A DNA stretch of 64,000 bases from Mobula hypostoma (taxonomy: Eukaryota): positions 218,614,001-218,678,000 of the forward strand of contig NC_086097.1 in assembly GCF_963921235.1 (NCBI RefSeq), given 5' to 3'. The notes beneath the pieces are model-generated. The model saw only the letters and a list, made by a program, of their open reading frames with translations, was not told the origin of the DNA and did no database searches. Shown in pieces: positions 50,988 through 62,859 of this stretch. Position 1 is the stretch's first letter; each line of letters begins with the position of its first letter. The position numbers were made by a program, and so were the translations under genes.

Positions 50988-51172
50988 AGGTTTTCGATAA
51001 ATTTAACACAATGGCTTTAATTGATGGGAAGAAGGATCATGTGAGCCTAACAGTAGATAATGTTCACTTGGACTATGGTGTGGTGTATGAGTATGACAGT
51101 ACTGCTGGTACAAAGTGCCATGTTTTGGAGAAAATGAGTGAACCTAAGGGATTCTTCAATTTGACTGCAAAG
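50988..51172 (+). CDS. PREX2: PREX2 coding exon (start of IP4P-like region)
   Basis: tttcctgcag acceptor, GTATGA donor. Encodes (E)[61 protein letters not shown]. 185 bp. Confidence 0.97.
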
Positions 51173-51449
51173 GTATGATTGAAAGAATGAACAATCAGTT
51201 TGTAGAATTTTGTGTTTCTGAAGTTTAGTGCCTTATCAGCATTTTTCCTCATCAAATAATTTGAAGACCTCATCAAAAGAGGCAAGCTAGCTCTAATGGA
51301 GTTCCTGTAATAGCCTGGCAGAAAATATTCATTGATAGGCAGGGTCTCAGAAGGACAGTGCTCTATTTTGGACACAAACCACAAATTGGCTATTTAAACA
51401 GTCATTGTCTGCAATCTCAGTATTCTAATATTATGTATGGCCCTCATTA

Positions 51450-51720
51450 CCATCTGTTGATGCAACACAGAGCGTCATAGGAAGTCATTCCTGCCTGTGG
51501 CCATCAAACTTTACAACTCCTCCCTTGGAGGGTCAGTCACTCTGAGCCAAATGGCTGGTCCTGGACTTATTTCCATCTGGCATAATTTACATATTATTAT
51601 TTAATTATTTATGGTTTTATATTGCTATATTTATACTCTATTTTTGGTTGGTGCAACTTTAACGAAACCCAATTTCCCTCAGGATCAATAAAGTATGTCT
51701 ATCTATCTATTTATCTATCT
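51450..51720 (+). mobile_element. Rex1/Babar 3' end with (TATC)n tail
   Basis: Translates RKSFLPVAIKLYNSS, followed by aataaa and an (atct)n tail. Confidence 0.8.
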
Positions 51721-52334
51721 AAAGCAGTTCACCATCTTCTTCCTCATCTGGAGCCATAACATATTCCAGCTACATACAAAGCACAAGCACCAACACGATT
51801 CAGCCAAACACTGCTGACTCAAAGAAACCCTGTCATTCCATAATTATTATGACAATTGATCTTTGTGACATTATATTTATTTGTATCTTTTAAATGTTAA
51901 TAAACAGAACCACAAAAGGTGTTACCCCCACAAGTAGTTGAAAAAGCATTGAGGATAAAATTGCAGGAATATTAAATCACTGTGTAAACTACAACTAAAA
52001 TTAATACTTTTGGGAGAAGATGTAGTGATACTATGCAAATATTAAGTGAGAGAAAAACATGGCAAATAATATTCTAGAAATTTCTAACATAAATCTTTCC
52101 ATATCTCACAATTTTCTGGACATGAAATAATAAATGTGAATGATTTTAAGAATGCAGAATTCAAAATGATAGATTGTATAGCAATATATTGTGGCATAAC
52201 AAATATGTGGCACCTCGCCCCCTCAGGTCATTGGAACAATTCCATGTACGTTTGATGTATTTTCATTTTGCATGACGGCATCACATTAGAGTGGACTGTA
52301 AATGACAACTTATTAAATTGCACTTCTTTGCCAG

Positions 52335-52496
52335 GTCCTTGAGTGTTTTGCTAAGAATGATGAACAATTTGTGGAAAGTTGTGGCAGGCTAACCTGCCTA
52401 AGTGAAGCAATCCCTCCTAAACTCCATTCAAGGTTCAGCGTCAAGCGCAGTGAGAAGCTTGAACATATTAACCGAAGGATTATGACCTACAAGAAG
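52335..52496 (+). CDS. PREX2: PREX2 coding exon
   Basis: tctttgccag acceptor, GTAAGT donor. Encodes VLECFAKNDEQFVESCGRLTCLSEAIPPKLHSRFSVKRSEKLEHINRRIMTYKK. 162 bp. Confidence 0.94.
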
Positions 52497-53134
52497 GTAA
52501 GTCTGGCATTTGAAAAGCTGAACCATATTTCATCTTCATAGCTGTAGTGTTCATTTACAGGGTTAATCAAAATATGGTTCAATGGTGACTATTCCACTAA
52601 TACAGTCTTCAATATTCCATGTATTTGTCACAGATTGAAGGAAGTAAATAGGAGTAATTTCTGTGTGAAAGTGATCATCCCTTTCTAATTCTGAATGATA
52701 TCATGACAGGGATTTGTATGAAATATGTATCTAGCAGTTTCTCAGAATTCAAGTGACTAACTGGAGCCACAAATGAGAACTTTCAGTTTAATGGTGTATT
52801 GACTATGGGATGTTGTACCTATCAGATGACTCATTAAAAAATTTCAAAGTTTGTCTAAAATTTGGTTTAAAAAATCATTTGAATAATCTGACATTTATAT
52901 GTGTTCATTATCAACAAGAGGATTGGCAAAGTATTTTCTCTCCCCTCCCTCTCTTCCCCTTCTCTAGGATGCTGACTTCCTTCACATTACATACACGCCT
53001 GCTTCATTGTCAAGCAAGAGGGCGTAATTAGCCACTGAAAGAATTCTTTTCAATACTTATTGTTAATTTGATGATTGATAACTACATAACTGTTACATCA
53101 GTAATTTGTGTCTCAACGACTTTGATCTGTCCAG

Positions 53135-53357
53135 TTTTCACGAGTTTTGAAAAACCGAGCCTGGCCAACTTTTAAGCAAGCCAAGTCCAAGATATCGCCA
53201 CTGCACAGCAGTGATTTCTGTCCCACCAATTGCCATATAAATGTCATGGAAGTATCCTATCCCAAAAATGTTGCATCACTGGGAAGCGCCTTTGGTGTTC
53301 AGCTGGACAGTCGGAAGCAGTCCTGCAGTGATATTGACCAAAAAAGCTTCGATCAAG
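53135..53357 (+). CDS. PREX2: PREX2 coding exon
   Basis: ctgtccag acceptor, GTAGGA donor. Encodes [44 protein letters not shown]...QKSFDQ, near-identical to recalled PREX2 rather than PREX1. 223 bp. Confidence 0.97.
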
Positions 53358-53411
53358 GTAGGAACCCAGGATTTATGTCTCAGTTTGACAGTTATTTTAT
53401 GTTTGATTTTA

Positions 53412-53695
53412 TCTAGAAATGCAGCATGGAACAGGCCCTTCAGGCCTACCGAGCTGTGCCACCCAGCAACCTACCTATTTAACTCGAGCCTAATCACAGG
53501 ACAATTTACAATGAGCAATTAACCTGTGAAATGGTGCACCCATGGACTGTGGAAGGAAACTGGAGCACCCGGAGGAAACCCATGCACACATGAGAAGAAC
53601 ATACAGACTTTCAGGATGCCGGAACTGAACTCCAAACTCCGATATCCCAAGCTGTAATAGTGTGGTGCTTGCCGCTACACTGCTGTGGTGCCCCA
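53412..53695 (-). mobile_element. V-SINE-like element
   Basis: gactgtggaaggaaactggagcacccggaggaaacccatgca is the reverse complement of a V-domain core; tRNA-like head at the right end. Confidence 0.75.
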
Positions 53696-55598
53696 AAGTA
53701 TAATCCACTTTTCACAAACCTGATCTAAGTTATAAAAGGTCTTTGATCTGCTAGACACTTTTGCTTCATGGACAGCTAATCTTTAATTGGGCTAATTTCT
53801 TGCTGACGACATGAGTGTGGGAGCATAGTACAAAAGAGGTAATTTGGAGTATGTACTTTGAAAGCATATTGGGTGAGGACTGGAAAATAGGTGATGGATT
53901 GTGAAAATGGGTGATGGAATATGTAACAACTACAAAACCTAACGTCTGATGCTTAAAACAAGCAAGAGCATCATAAAAAAAGGAATAAATTTATAACCAT
54001 ATCAATGGATTAAACAAGAAGTTTCTGAGAGCAGAAGAATTGTTTTACCCAGCAAAAGAATGGAAAAACCAAATGAAGACTGCAACAGTGAAAGTCACTG
54101 GCTTGACCTTGAAGATCACTTGAACAGCAGGACAGTCAAAATAAACTACCAGCTTTCCCTAGCATTTCTTTGAGGTTGCTCTATATGAGCAGCAGCTCTT
54201 ATTCATTGAATGCACGAAGGCAAATGAGTGAGAGGTGAACAGATCTCATCTGTCATCTGCTGGTTTTTGAGCCTATGTGATCAACCATGCATAACAATAA
54301 GACTCAACATTACTTTCGTGCAGATGTACTGAAAATTCTTTTGAGGCATTCAGGATAGATTGCGGACATCTCAAGAAATCATCATCCTCATTGCCAAAAT
54401 GTAAAAAATGACAAAATGATGCACTACCTGTGGAGGATAGGTAGTGCATCATATGAGAGAGTTGCCTCCACTCCTTTCACTGACATTCAAAGTTCTCAAA
54501 GTGCTGATTCTTTACAGAGAGAAGTTTGTGGAGAAATTGGTGGGAAGCTGTGGTTGTGAACCTTGGGACATCATCTCTAGTTGGTAACATCTTCACTTCT
54601 GGTGATCAGAGGATAATGAAATCCATAAAACAGCATATGTGTCTAACAGCTTAACATGGATCGAATTTTCCTGATTTCCCAGCAGATGGCTGATCACGTG
54701 GCTAAATTGATTTAGGAGCAGTCCCTTCCCACCTAATTAGAGTGGCAGCCCAGCTTGCTGCATGCTTCTTCCAGAACAAGTCTTGAGTTGAGGGTCATTT
54801 CAGCTCCAGAAAGCCCATGATATGACAGCATTGACATTGATGTCATAGTCTCAAGTGGCAACCTGGTGCAGCACGATGATAGTCTGATTACAGAACAAGG
54901 AGAACCAGACTAAGCATTACTTAAAATGGAGCTTTTTTTTTGTAAAATGCATACCCTTTTGTGAAGGCCTACAACTTCACAGTGAAAATTCTTTGCTGCA
55001 TGAAGTCTAATGTTCTGTATATTTCTGGTTTAGATTTTTAAGTCTGAGAGTATGTTTAAAGGCCAATTTGCAGTGGTTTACACGGGAGCCAATTTTATAC
55101 TCCTGTGTTTGGTAGAAACTGGAAGAAATCATGCACCACTTGCTTATAGTGTTTGAAGATTCTTAATAAGCTCTGCTCCTCTCTGGATATATCAGATTGC
55201 GCAATTGCCTCTTTTATGTGCCAGAAGACTTACATTTACTGACCTAGTGAAAAACTTGGCAGAGTCTGGCCTATACATATTGTTAATATTTCTCTAATGC
55301 TTCGAGTGCGTAAGTAAAAACCATATGAGAAACTAAATACAATCAGATGAGGGGGATTACAATTTGTTTGAATGAGTATTACACGAAGATAGGTAGATTT
55401 AAAGGTTGCAAGCATTTATTGGTAATGAAACTCGCTTGCAATAGTCATGTGCTTATTTTGTCAGGCCAATAAAACCTAAAGTTTTACATGTGGGAATCAT
55501 GTTCTTGTAGTGTATCAAAGGTGGCACAACAATCAGAAATTATTATTGGTGCCATCAACATTTACAACTCAGTCTTTCATTTTCCCGTTAATTTATAG

Positions 55599-55806
55599 AT
55601 AAACTGGATCCAGTGGAATATGTTCATCACTGCATTGCCACCATGGCAGCTCCCTCCGGACACAGCTTGGGTCAGCAAAACGGGCCTGGCCTGTACTTCA
55701 CCCTGAAGGAAAAGGATATTGAAACTCAAGATGCATACCAGAAGCTTCTGAATAAGTTGCAGACAGTTGTGAAGGAACTGGAATCGTATATTGGTCAGAT
55801 AGATGA
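55599..55806 (+). CDS. PREX2: PREX2 coding exon (last one recognised in the window)
   Basis: atttatag acceptor, GTGAGT donor. Encodes (D)[68 protein letters not shown]. 208 bp. Confidence 0.96.
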
Positions 55807-56591
55807 GTGAGTTTCTCAGCAATTTGTAAATACTGAATGTAGAATAAATATTGATGTAGAATTTACCGATGTGGTTCAAAGAACTTCCTCTGGTTATTAT
55901 GGAATTGCATCATATTCAATCCTGCCTGCAATGTGCTTACTTAATGATATTTTGAATCCTGTAAACAGTATTATCTCATATTTCATTGAAGATTCCCAAT
56001 GAATACCTTACTGTCTTTGCTAAAATTTTCTACCATAGCACCATTGGGATGCAGGGCCTGGTTACAATCCATAAACCCATTAGAAATGTCAGCATCTTTG
56101 TCACCAATGTGTTTCCAAGTATATTTTAAAACATTCTAGTGGTAAACCTCATATTTCACACCAGTTATCAGCTGTCAGTATATAAAAAAACAACTGCTTT
56201 CCAACACACTCGTGTTGTTAAATGCATAATATCCAGGGATGAAAGCCAAATTGTAATCAGAATCTGAAGTATCAAGATGTCTCATTTGGGATTCATTTCA
56301 CTGTAACTCTATTTCACGGGTTGAATTAATTTAAAATCCACATGCTGAACTTCTTTGAAAGTTATGAATGCGGGTGTGGAAAGTATAAGTGTCACCAAAT
56401 ATTCCGACATTGTACCTCAATTCACAAGGCCAAAGGTAGCTTGTTTTAAGCATTACTTACCTGACAATCCAATGCACTCTGCTGAGAAAGTTTAATTCTC
56501 TCCTTGTAAAATTGGGAATTGGAAATTCCAATGGCAATAAAGACAATGATAATGCATCAGGAGCAAGAAGACCGATGGTTCTATATCCTTA

Positions 56592-59500
56592 ATGCCATGC
56601 TAACATAAATAGACTTGGCAGTCCTTGTGCAGAGCAGCCTAAAGGTTAACTTGCAGGTCGAGTCGGTGGTGAGGAAGGCAAATGCAATGTTAGCATTCAT
56701 TTCAAGAGGTCTAGAATACAAGAGTAGGGGTATGATGCTGAGGCTTTATAAGGCACTGCTGAGGCCTCACCTTGAGTGTTGTGTACAGTTTTGGGCTCGT
56801 CATCTTTAGGGTTGCCAACTTTCTCACTCCCAAATAAGGGACAAAAGGTGGCGTGCCGCGGTGGTGTGGGTATGGTGCAGGCCCGGGATGAAGTGACTGA
56901 GGGGGCTGGAAGCTAGCAGATGGTAACAGGGACCTTTTTCAAAAGAGAGAGAGAAAAAAAAAACAATAACCTGAATAGGTAAACAAATCCAATATATGAA
57001 CCATGTTCATCTTCATCTTCAGTGTTATATATGAAATGTAACACCAAATTATAACAAAGCATAATACAGAGCATAATCTGACTACCAGTCAGACATGAAA
57101 TAACACCAAATAACCCTATGTGTATGTGCCTATAGAGTAGACGTATAATTACTGCAAAAGAGGAAAAGAAGGGGGGACTCACCAAGTCTACTTTTTCCAT
57201 GGATATTTCTTGCTGCTCTTGACTGATTCAAGCAGTCCTTTGTCCTATTGCACAGCCAGAGAGAAGTCCTTACATGACAAGTCACAGCTCACAGATATCT
57301 GAAGTTCATTTTTGATCAGCTCTGTGCTGCATCTGTTTCTTGAGTCTGACCATCTAATGGTCATCGAAGAGAAGATCCTCTCTACAAAGACATTTGAGCC
57401 TGGCACACTGAGGACAAATGAGACGATCCTGAACATGTGGATCAAGTTGGCTTTCCCTATGTTTTGGAAAACTGCCACCCACTCCTCACTGGTGGATTTT
57501 GTGGTATCCTGTCTGGCTTTCTGTATTTTCTCCCAGCTAGCACAAAACTCTTCATAGAGTTGGTCCATATTGACTGTCTCTGTCATTTTGAGGGCAGCCA
57601 CCACCTGCTCCAGGTCAGTGAAGGAGAGCTTCTCATAGAGGCCAATCAGTTTCAGTTTCATCATTACATTTTCTGGTGAGAAATCAAACCACTTGTCAAT
57701 GTATGTAATGACAGAGTCATAGAACTTCACGAAGTCCTGTTGCTGCTTGAACCTTTGTGCTGGCACTTGTTTGTCCATCAGCTGCTTGGTCTGGTATCCA
57801 AAAAAGCTGTCCTGTTTCGGCTGAAGCATCTTCATTTTGAACTTTCGGACTTCCTTGTAAACATCTGTGATGCAGAATTTTGTTTCCTCCAGCTTTTTTA
57901 CGAGTTGGTCAAAAACACACTCCACGTTGTGGAAAAAGCACAGATAAATTTCAGTAGCTCCAGTTTTTTCTTGATCCTCAAAAATCCTCTTCAGTGCCAC
58001 GGGACAGGTCTCAAGAGACCTGAAGTATGACGGAAGAGCTGACCAGTTTTGTAGGAGACTTTTGACAGCTGGATGATGAGAGAGCCATCGCGTGCAAACA
58101 TGATGCAGAATTTCACACCACTCAGTGTCAACAAAGGCGAAAAATGAATGCAGTTCCTCTCTTCGGGAAGCAGATATTGAGAAGTGGTTGTAGACCTTTA
58201 GAACAATTGTCTCAATATCGACTGATAACTGATCGCAGGTTAGCTTTCAGAATGCGATTGTTGGCACTGCTCAATAACTGGTAAACTGAGTGGTGTTTTC
58301 CAAATTTTACATTGGCATTATCTGCTGCATAGGCTGTAACGTGACTAATATTCAGTTCATACCTTTCCGGACAGCTCATCAGAGATTGATGTATGCCATT
58401 TGCAGTTTCACCACTGTCTTCATAAAAGTCAAGTAACTTACACTGCACTCCATCAGACACAGAGAAATATCTCATCACACTGGAAACATTTTTCTATCTC
58501 CCTTGTTTGAGGCATCGGCGGCAACTGAGAAATACGCGGGGTCCGCGGGCTCACCTTCTTCGGTCGGGGACAGATCACCCATAATATCCTGCACAGTCTT
58601 TCGTCCTAAAACATTCATTGTAATCATCTCAGCTTTCGTTCTTCCCATTAAACAAAGCAGCGTTGAGCCTAGAAAGACAGTCGATGCTGTTGTAGCTGAG
58701 TCCGTGTTTAACCGTATGGTACTCATACGAGGCTTCACTTGCTGCGATTTTGTCATTTTCCATGGTAGATTTCAGGAAGAATGCACCAATATTGCTTGCA
58801 CCTTCAGCTAGTGTGGCCTTCTTGTGCACTTCTGTGGAAGCATGCTGAGTTAGGTCATTCTCATCTCCATGGCCAATTGAGAATTCCCGACGGCATAAAG
58901 TATAGAAGGCCTTCGTCGACGTCGAGTCACCGCTGACGGGCTTAACCCACGTCTTTTTTGCTTCTCATTGCCTGTTATAGCTGTACAGCCTTTTCCTTTC
59001 TTGGAGGTTTATCCGTATTGGCACATGCCAAACCGTCCGAACAGCACCAGACATTACTGAAACTTTTTGTTTTGGCAGGAATTGGCAAAATATACTTTAT
59101 ACTTCATATATAGCACACAACTGATGCGCATAAGGGGGTCTGTGATTGGATGACAGGTGAATCACTTCACTCGTGCGTGGCGTCAACAGCACATGCAGCA
59201 CGCACACACTGTTGTATCAGATCTAGGATCTGTCTGTAAACGTGCCCTCTGGTGATTACAGAGTAGTAGCAGTCAAATATGGGACAAGGGCGATCCCGTA
59301 TGGGATAAACCAGTTTAGCCCAATATATGAGATGTCCCGGCTAATACGGGACAGGTGGCAACCCTACTATCTTAGAAGAGATGTGCTGGTAGTAGAGAGG
59401 GTCCAGAGGAGGTTCACAAGGATGATTCCAGGAATGAAAGGGTTATCATACGAGGAAATTTTGATGGCTCTGGGTCTGTACTCGCTGGAATTTAGAAGGA

Positions 59501-59905
59501 TGGGGGGGGGGGGATCTCATCGAAACCTTTCGAATGTTGAAAGGCCTAGACAGAGTAGATGTGGAAAGGATGTTTCCCATGGTGGGGGAGTCTAGGACAA
59601 GAGGGCACAGCCTCAGGATAGAGGGGCGTCCATTCAAAACAGAGATGCCAAGAAATTTCTTTAGCCAGAGGGTGGTGAATTTGTGGAATTTGTTGCCACG
59701 TGCAGCTGTGGAGGCCAGGTCATCGGATGTATTTAAGGCAGAGATTGATGTATTCTTGATTGAATATGGCATCAAAGGTTATGGGGAGAAGGCCAGGAAA
59801 CGGGGTTGAGGTGGAGAAAAAAAGGATCAGCCATGATTAAATGGTGGAACAGACTCGATGGGCCAAATGGCCTAATTCTGCTCCTATGTCTTATGGTCTT
59901 ATGGT
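56592..59905 (+). mobile_element. CR1 3' fragment split by a hAT transposon (CR1 parts 56592-56806 and 59367-59905)
   Basis: LRPHLECCVQFWARHL resumes as LRRDVLVVERVQRRFTRM after the transposon. (cttatggt)n tail. Confidence 0.9.
56807..59366 (-). mobile_element. hAT DNA transposon (Blackjack-like TIRs) with a frameshifted transposase
   Basis: TIRs TAGGGTTGCCA / TGGCAACCCTA; degenerate TSD gtcatctt / ct-atctt. Transposase motifs AADASNKG, AADNANV, TRWLS and the hAT dimerisation motif SVPGSNVFVERIFS..WSDSRNR. Confidence 0.9.
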
Positions 59906-60090
59906 TTAAATAGCTAATTAACATACCTATTTCAATTTGCTTGTGCCTAAATGTCTGTTCCAAAATCAATTTCTACATTTCAAGTTTTTGGTGATATTTG
60001 AAGTTGTTTGTTTGTGTTCTTCAGCCTTTAGTGCTTGATGAAGGATCCTCAACATTGTATACCCAACACTGGTTACCATGTGAGATATTA

Positions 60091-60617
60091 TAGATTGATT
60101 TAAATGTCTTATGGTGCTCTTGAGTTTGAGAGCTGGGAGAACTGTTGTGAGTGGAGAGGCAAGGATTCTCAGCAGCTGCTACTGCATTCAATTCTTAATA
60201 ATACTTGGGAGACGGACGAATAAAGGCCTTAGTGATGTGTTAATCTTTGGACAACCAATAAAGCACAAAAATAGGAAAGTTCTGAAAACGCCCATCTTGA
60301 ATAATTCAATGTTAAGTGAATGACTTCGAAGTAATTGTTCCAGTCTACAAAGTCATTCATTTAACAGTAAGTTATTCCAGAAGGGTGTTCTTCTCTAGTT
60401 AGACATTTGTTACACATACAAAGTCAGAAGAACTTTTCTATTTTTGTGCTTAATTGGTTGTCCAAAGATTAACACGTCACTGAGGCCATTATTCAAGACC
60501 GTCTCCCAAGCGTGATTTAGAATTGAATGAGTAGCAGCTGCTGAGAATCATCCACCCCTTGACTCCCCACTCACAACAGTACCCAGCTCTCAAGCTCAAG
60601 ACATTTAAATCAATCCA
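60091..60617. repeat. 527 bp long inverted repeat / fold-back element (MITE-like, unclassified)
   Basis: Left arm 60091-60326 is the reverse complement of 60350-60617 (e.g. gattgatttaaatgtctt/aagacatttaaatcaatc and tgtgttaatctttggacaaccaat/attggttgtccaaagattaacacg). Flanked by TA on both sides. Confidence 0.9.
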
Positions 60618-62859
60618 TATTTGTAAACTAGAACAATTTGTTTAAAGGCCAAACAAATTACAAGTATTTGTACAGTTACAGCCAATTAATGACTTTCATA
60701 ATATTGAATAAGAAATTATAATTTTGAGTTGCATACTAATGTAACTGAGGGAGAAGGAAGAGGTGTTGACTTTAAGTGTTATATATCTTTATTATATGCA
60801 AATTAAAGTGCATACCAAAGTAGTTCTGTAAAGGAAATTTAAAGATTTCAATGGTCCCAGTCAAAAGCTTTATTCACCAGCCATTAATCCATCCCTTTCT
60901 TCAGCAACTGAAGCAGGTAGTTTGCAACTTGGTATCTTATTTAAACTGGAGTTCAGTTTACATCCCTGCCTATTATTACTTGTAAAACATTTCCCAATTC
61001 AAACCTGCTGTAGCACATCTACTAATGAAGCGCTGCCCATGTTTCTGGTACCTCCAATCTAAGTTAGTCCAGTAGATTTCCAGGTGGTCTTGAAGTATTC
61101 TCTAGTATTTCAAGATCAAGCAAAGTGTAACTGCCAGGCTAGAGGTTTACATTTGAATACCAAAGTCCCAGTCCTTGCTGGTGATTATCTGACTGTACTT
61201 TGGTATTGATTTTGGCGTGATATTGGTTGGCTGAATTACTTGAACTGTGAGGAACAGTTGTGAAGGACCTAACAAAGCATCTAATTTATATTTTGTTTAT
61301 TTAATTGTGCTTGCTTAATAATTTAAAATTCACTTTTAAATTATGATTTATTAATTATGAACTGTTTTAATTATTGCAGTGATTTTAATAGTTATTTGAA
61401 AGTTTCTGAATGCCAGGGACATTCATAGACATTCTGGATTTTGGGCATCTTTGACAGATGGCCAATGCAAGGTTGTGGCTTAGCCAGCCAGCAGTTCTTT
61501 TCAGTCATTGATTGGATGACTGGAGCAGGGGAAATGTTGTGCATTCTTGTCTGCCTACGTGATGGGAGTTAATTGGCAATGCCCTGTAATTGCTCATGGC
61601 TTTACCAATTTGGATCAGAAAGGCTTGGATAACAATCAAAGTGGATCCAAAAGAGACAAGTTCCAACCTCCCACATGGATTAGTAATGAATGTGATTGGC
61701 TCGCTTCTGGGAACAAGAAGCTTTGTCTTTGGTGTTTGAAACAGGGATGTACAATATGGATGAAGTAGAATAGAGAGGAAATATCTTCTTCCTCATGAAT
61801 GTTGATAGCCTGACCAATCTGGTCAAATTTATTGTACTTTTGAAATTAGCATGCATTATTTAATCGAGGTTGCCGGCCTGCATTTATTTCCTATTATATA
61901 ACAGATACTATAGCAATTTCATTGCTCCTATATACTGATGCACAGAAAAAAACATATAAAAATTGAGATAAGTTGCAATATCCATGGGAAGCTTAAGCTG
62001 ACATGAGCAGATGTACCATCTCTTTAATCAATATATTTAGCAAAATGGAAAAGTCCAGTATTGGGTTGAAAAGTCTGGGGTCTGGCTCTGGTTGCAAATT
62101 AGGCAGAAAAAAATACCTATTTTGTAGAGCTGGATTTATAAATTAAATTTAATGCATGATGAGTTCAAATACCTGTATGAATATTAAATGAGCAGTTTAC
62201 ATATTAATACATCTATAAATGGATCATTCTCCTCAGCACATTTGGATCAGTGACATTCTAAAAAATTGATAGAAAGATTTGGAGGAAAAGTTTTTAAAGT
62301 AAGAGAATGAACAACCTGAGCTGCTGTCCTGGGAGCATAACGCTGACAGTTCCGTTCTTCGTTTGATGCTGCTCAGCTCACTGAGTTCCTCCACCAGATT
62401 GTCCTGTTGCTTTGTAATTAGTCACAAAGAAAAATAGAATTAGCCAATAACTTTACTCAAGGCAGTGATTAGGTATCTAGGTGTTGATGGCAAGCCATTG
62501 GTCTTGGATAGTGTGGTTCAGGAAATTTTAAACCCCAACTCCTCATTCTTGGTAGACGCCCCTGACTGATGTAAACTGAAGGCAACAGCAGTGGATAGAT
62601 CTGAGTTAGTTCTTGTTACATTGTTTGGCTAAGACTGAAAAATGAAATGGGACATTCAATCTGATGTCAATTAAAGGAAAATTTGGTCTCAACTCTGGTA
62701 CTTGACAGAGAGCGAACTTGCCAAATTGTCGTCATTTCACACAATAAGCCTCCGGAAGGTCCTCCATATTTTCTGGCCAAGGAAGATCTCCAACCATGCC
62801 CTACTCGTTCAGTGTTACCAAGAGGACATGACCACAATCATCATGAGGGAAATGTTGGA

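Noticed and set aside
362..55806. Assignment to PREX1
   Set aside because: Peptides such as [23 protein letters not shown] and [28 protein letters not shown] match my recollection of PREX2.
57245..58829. Domesticated ZBED-like transposase gene
   Set aside because: The frames are broken and the TIRs and TSD are still present.
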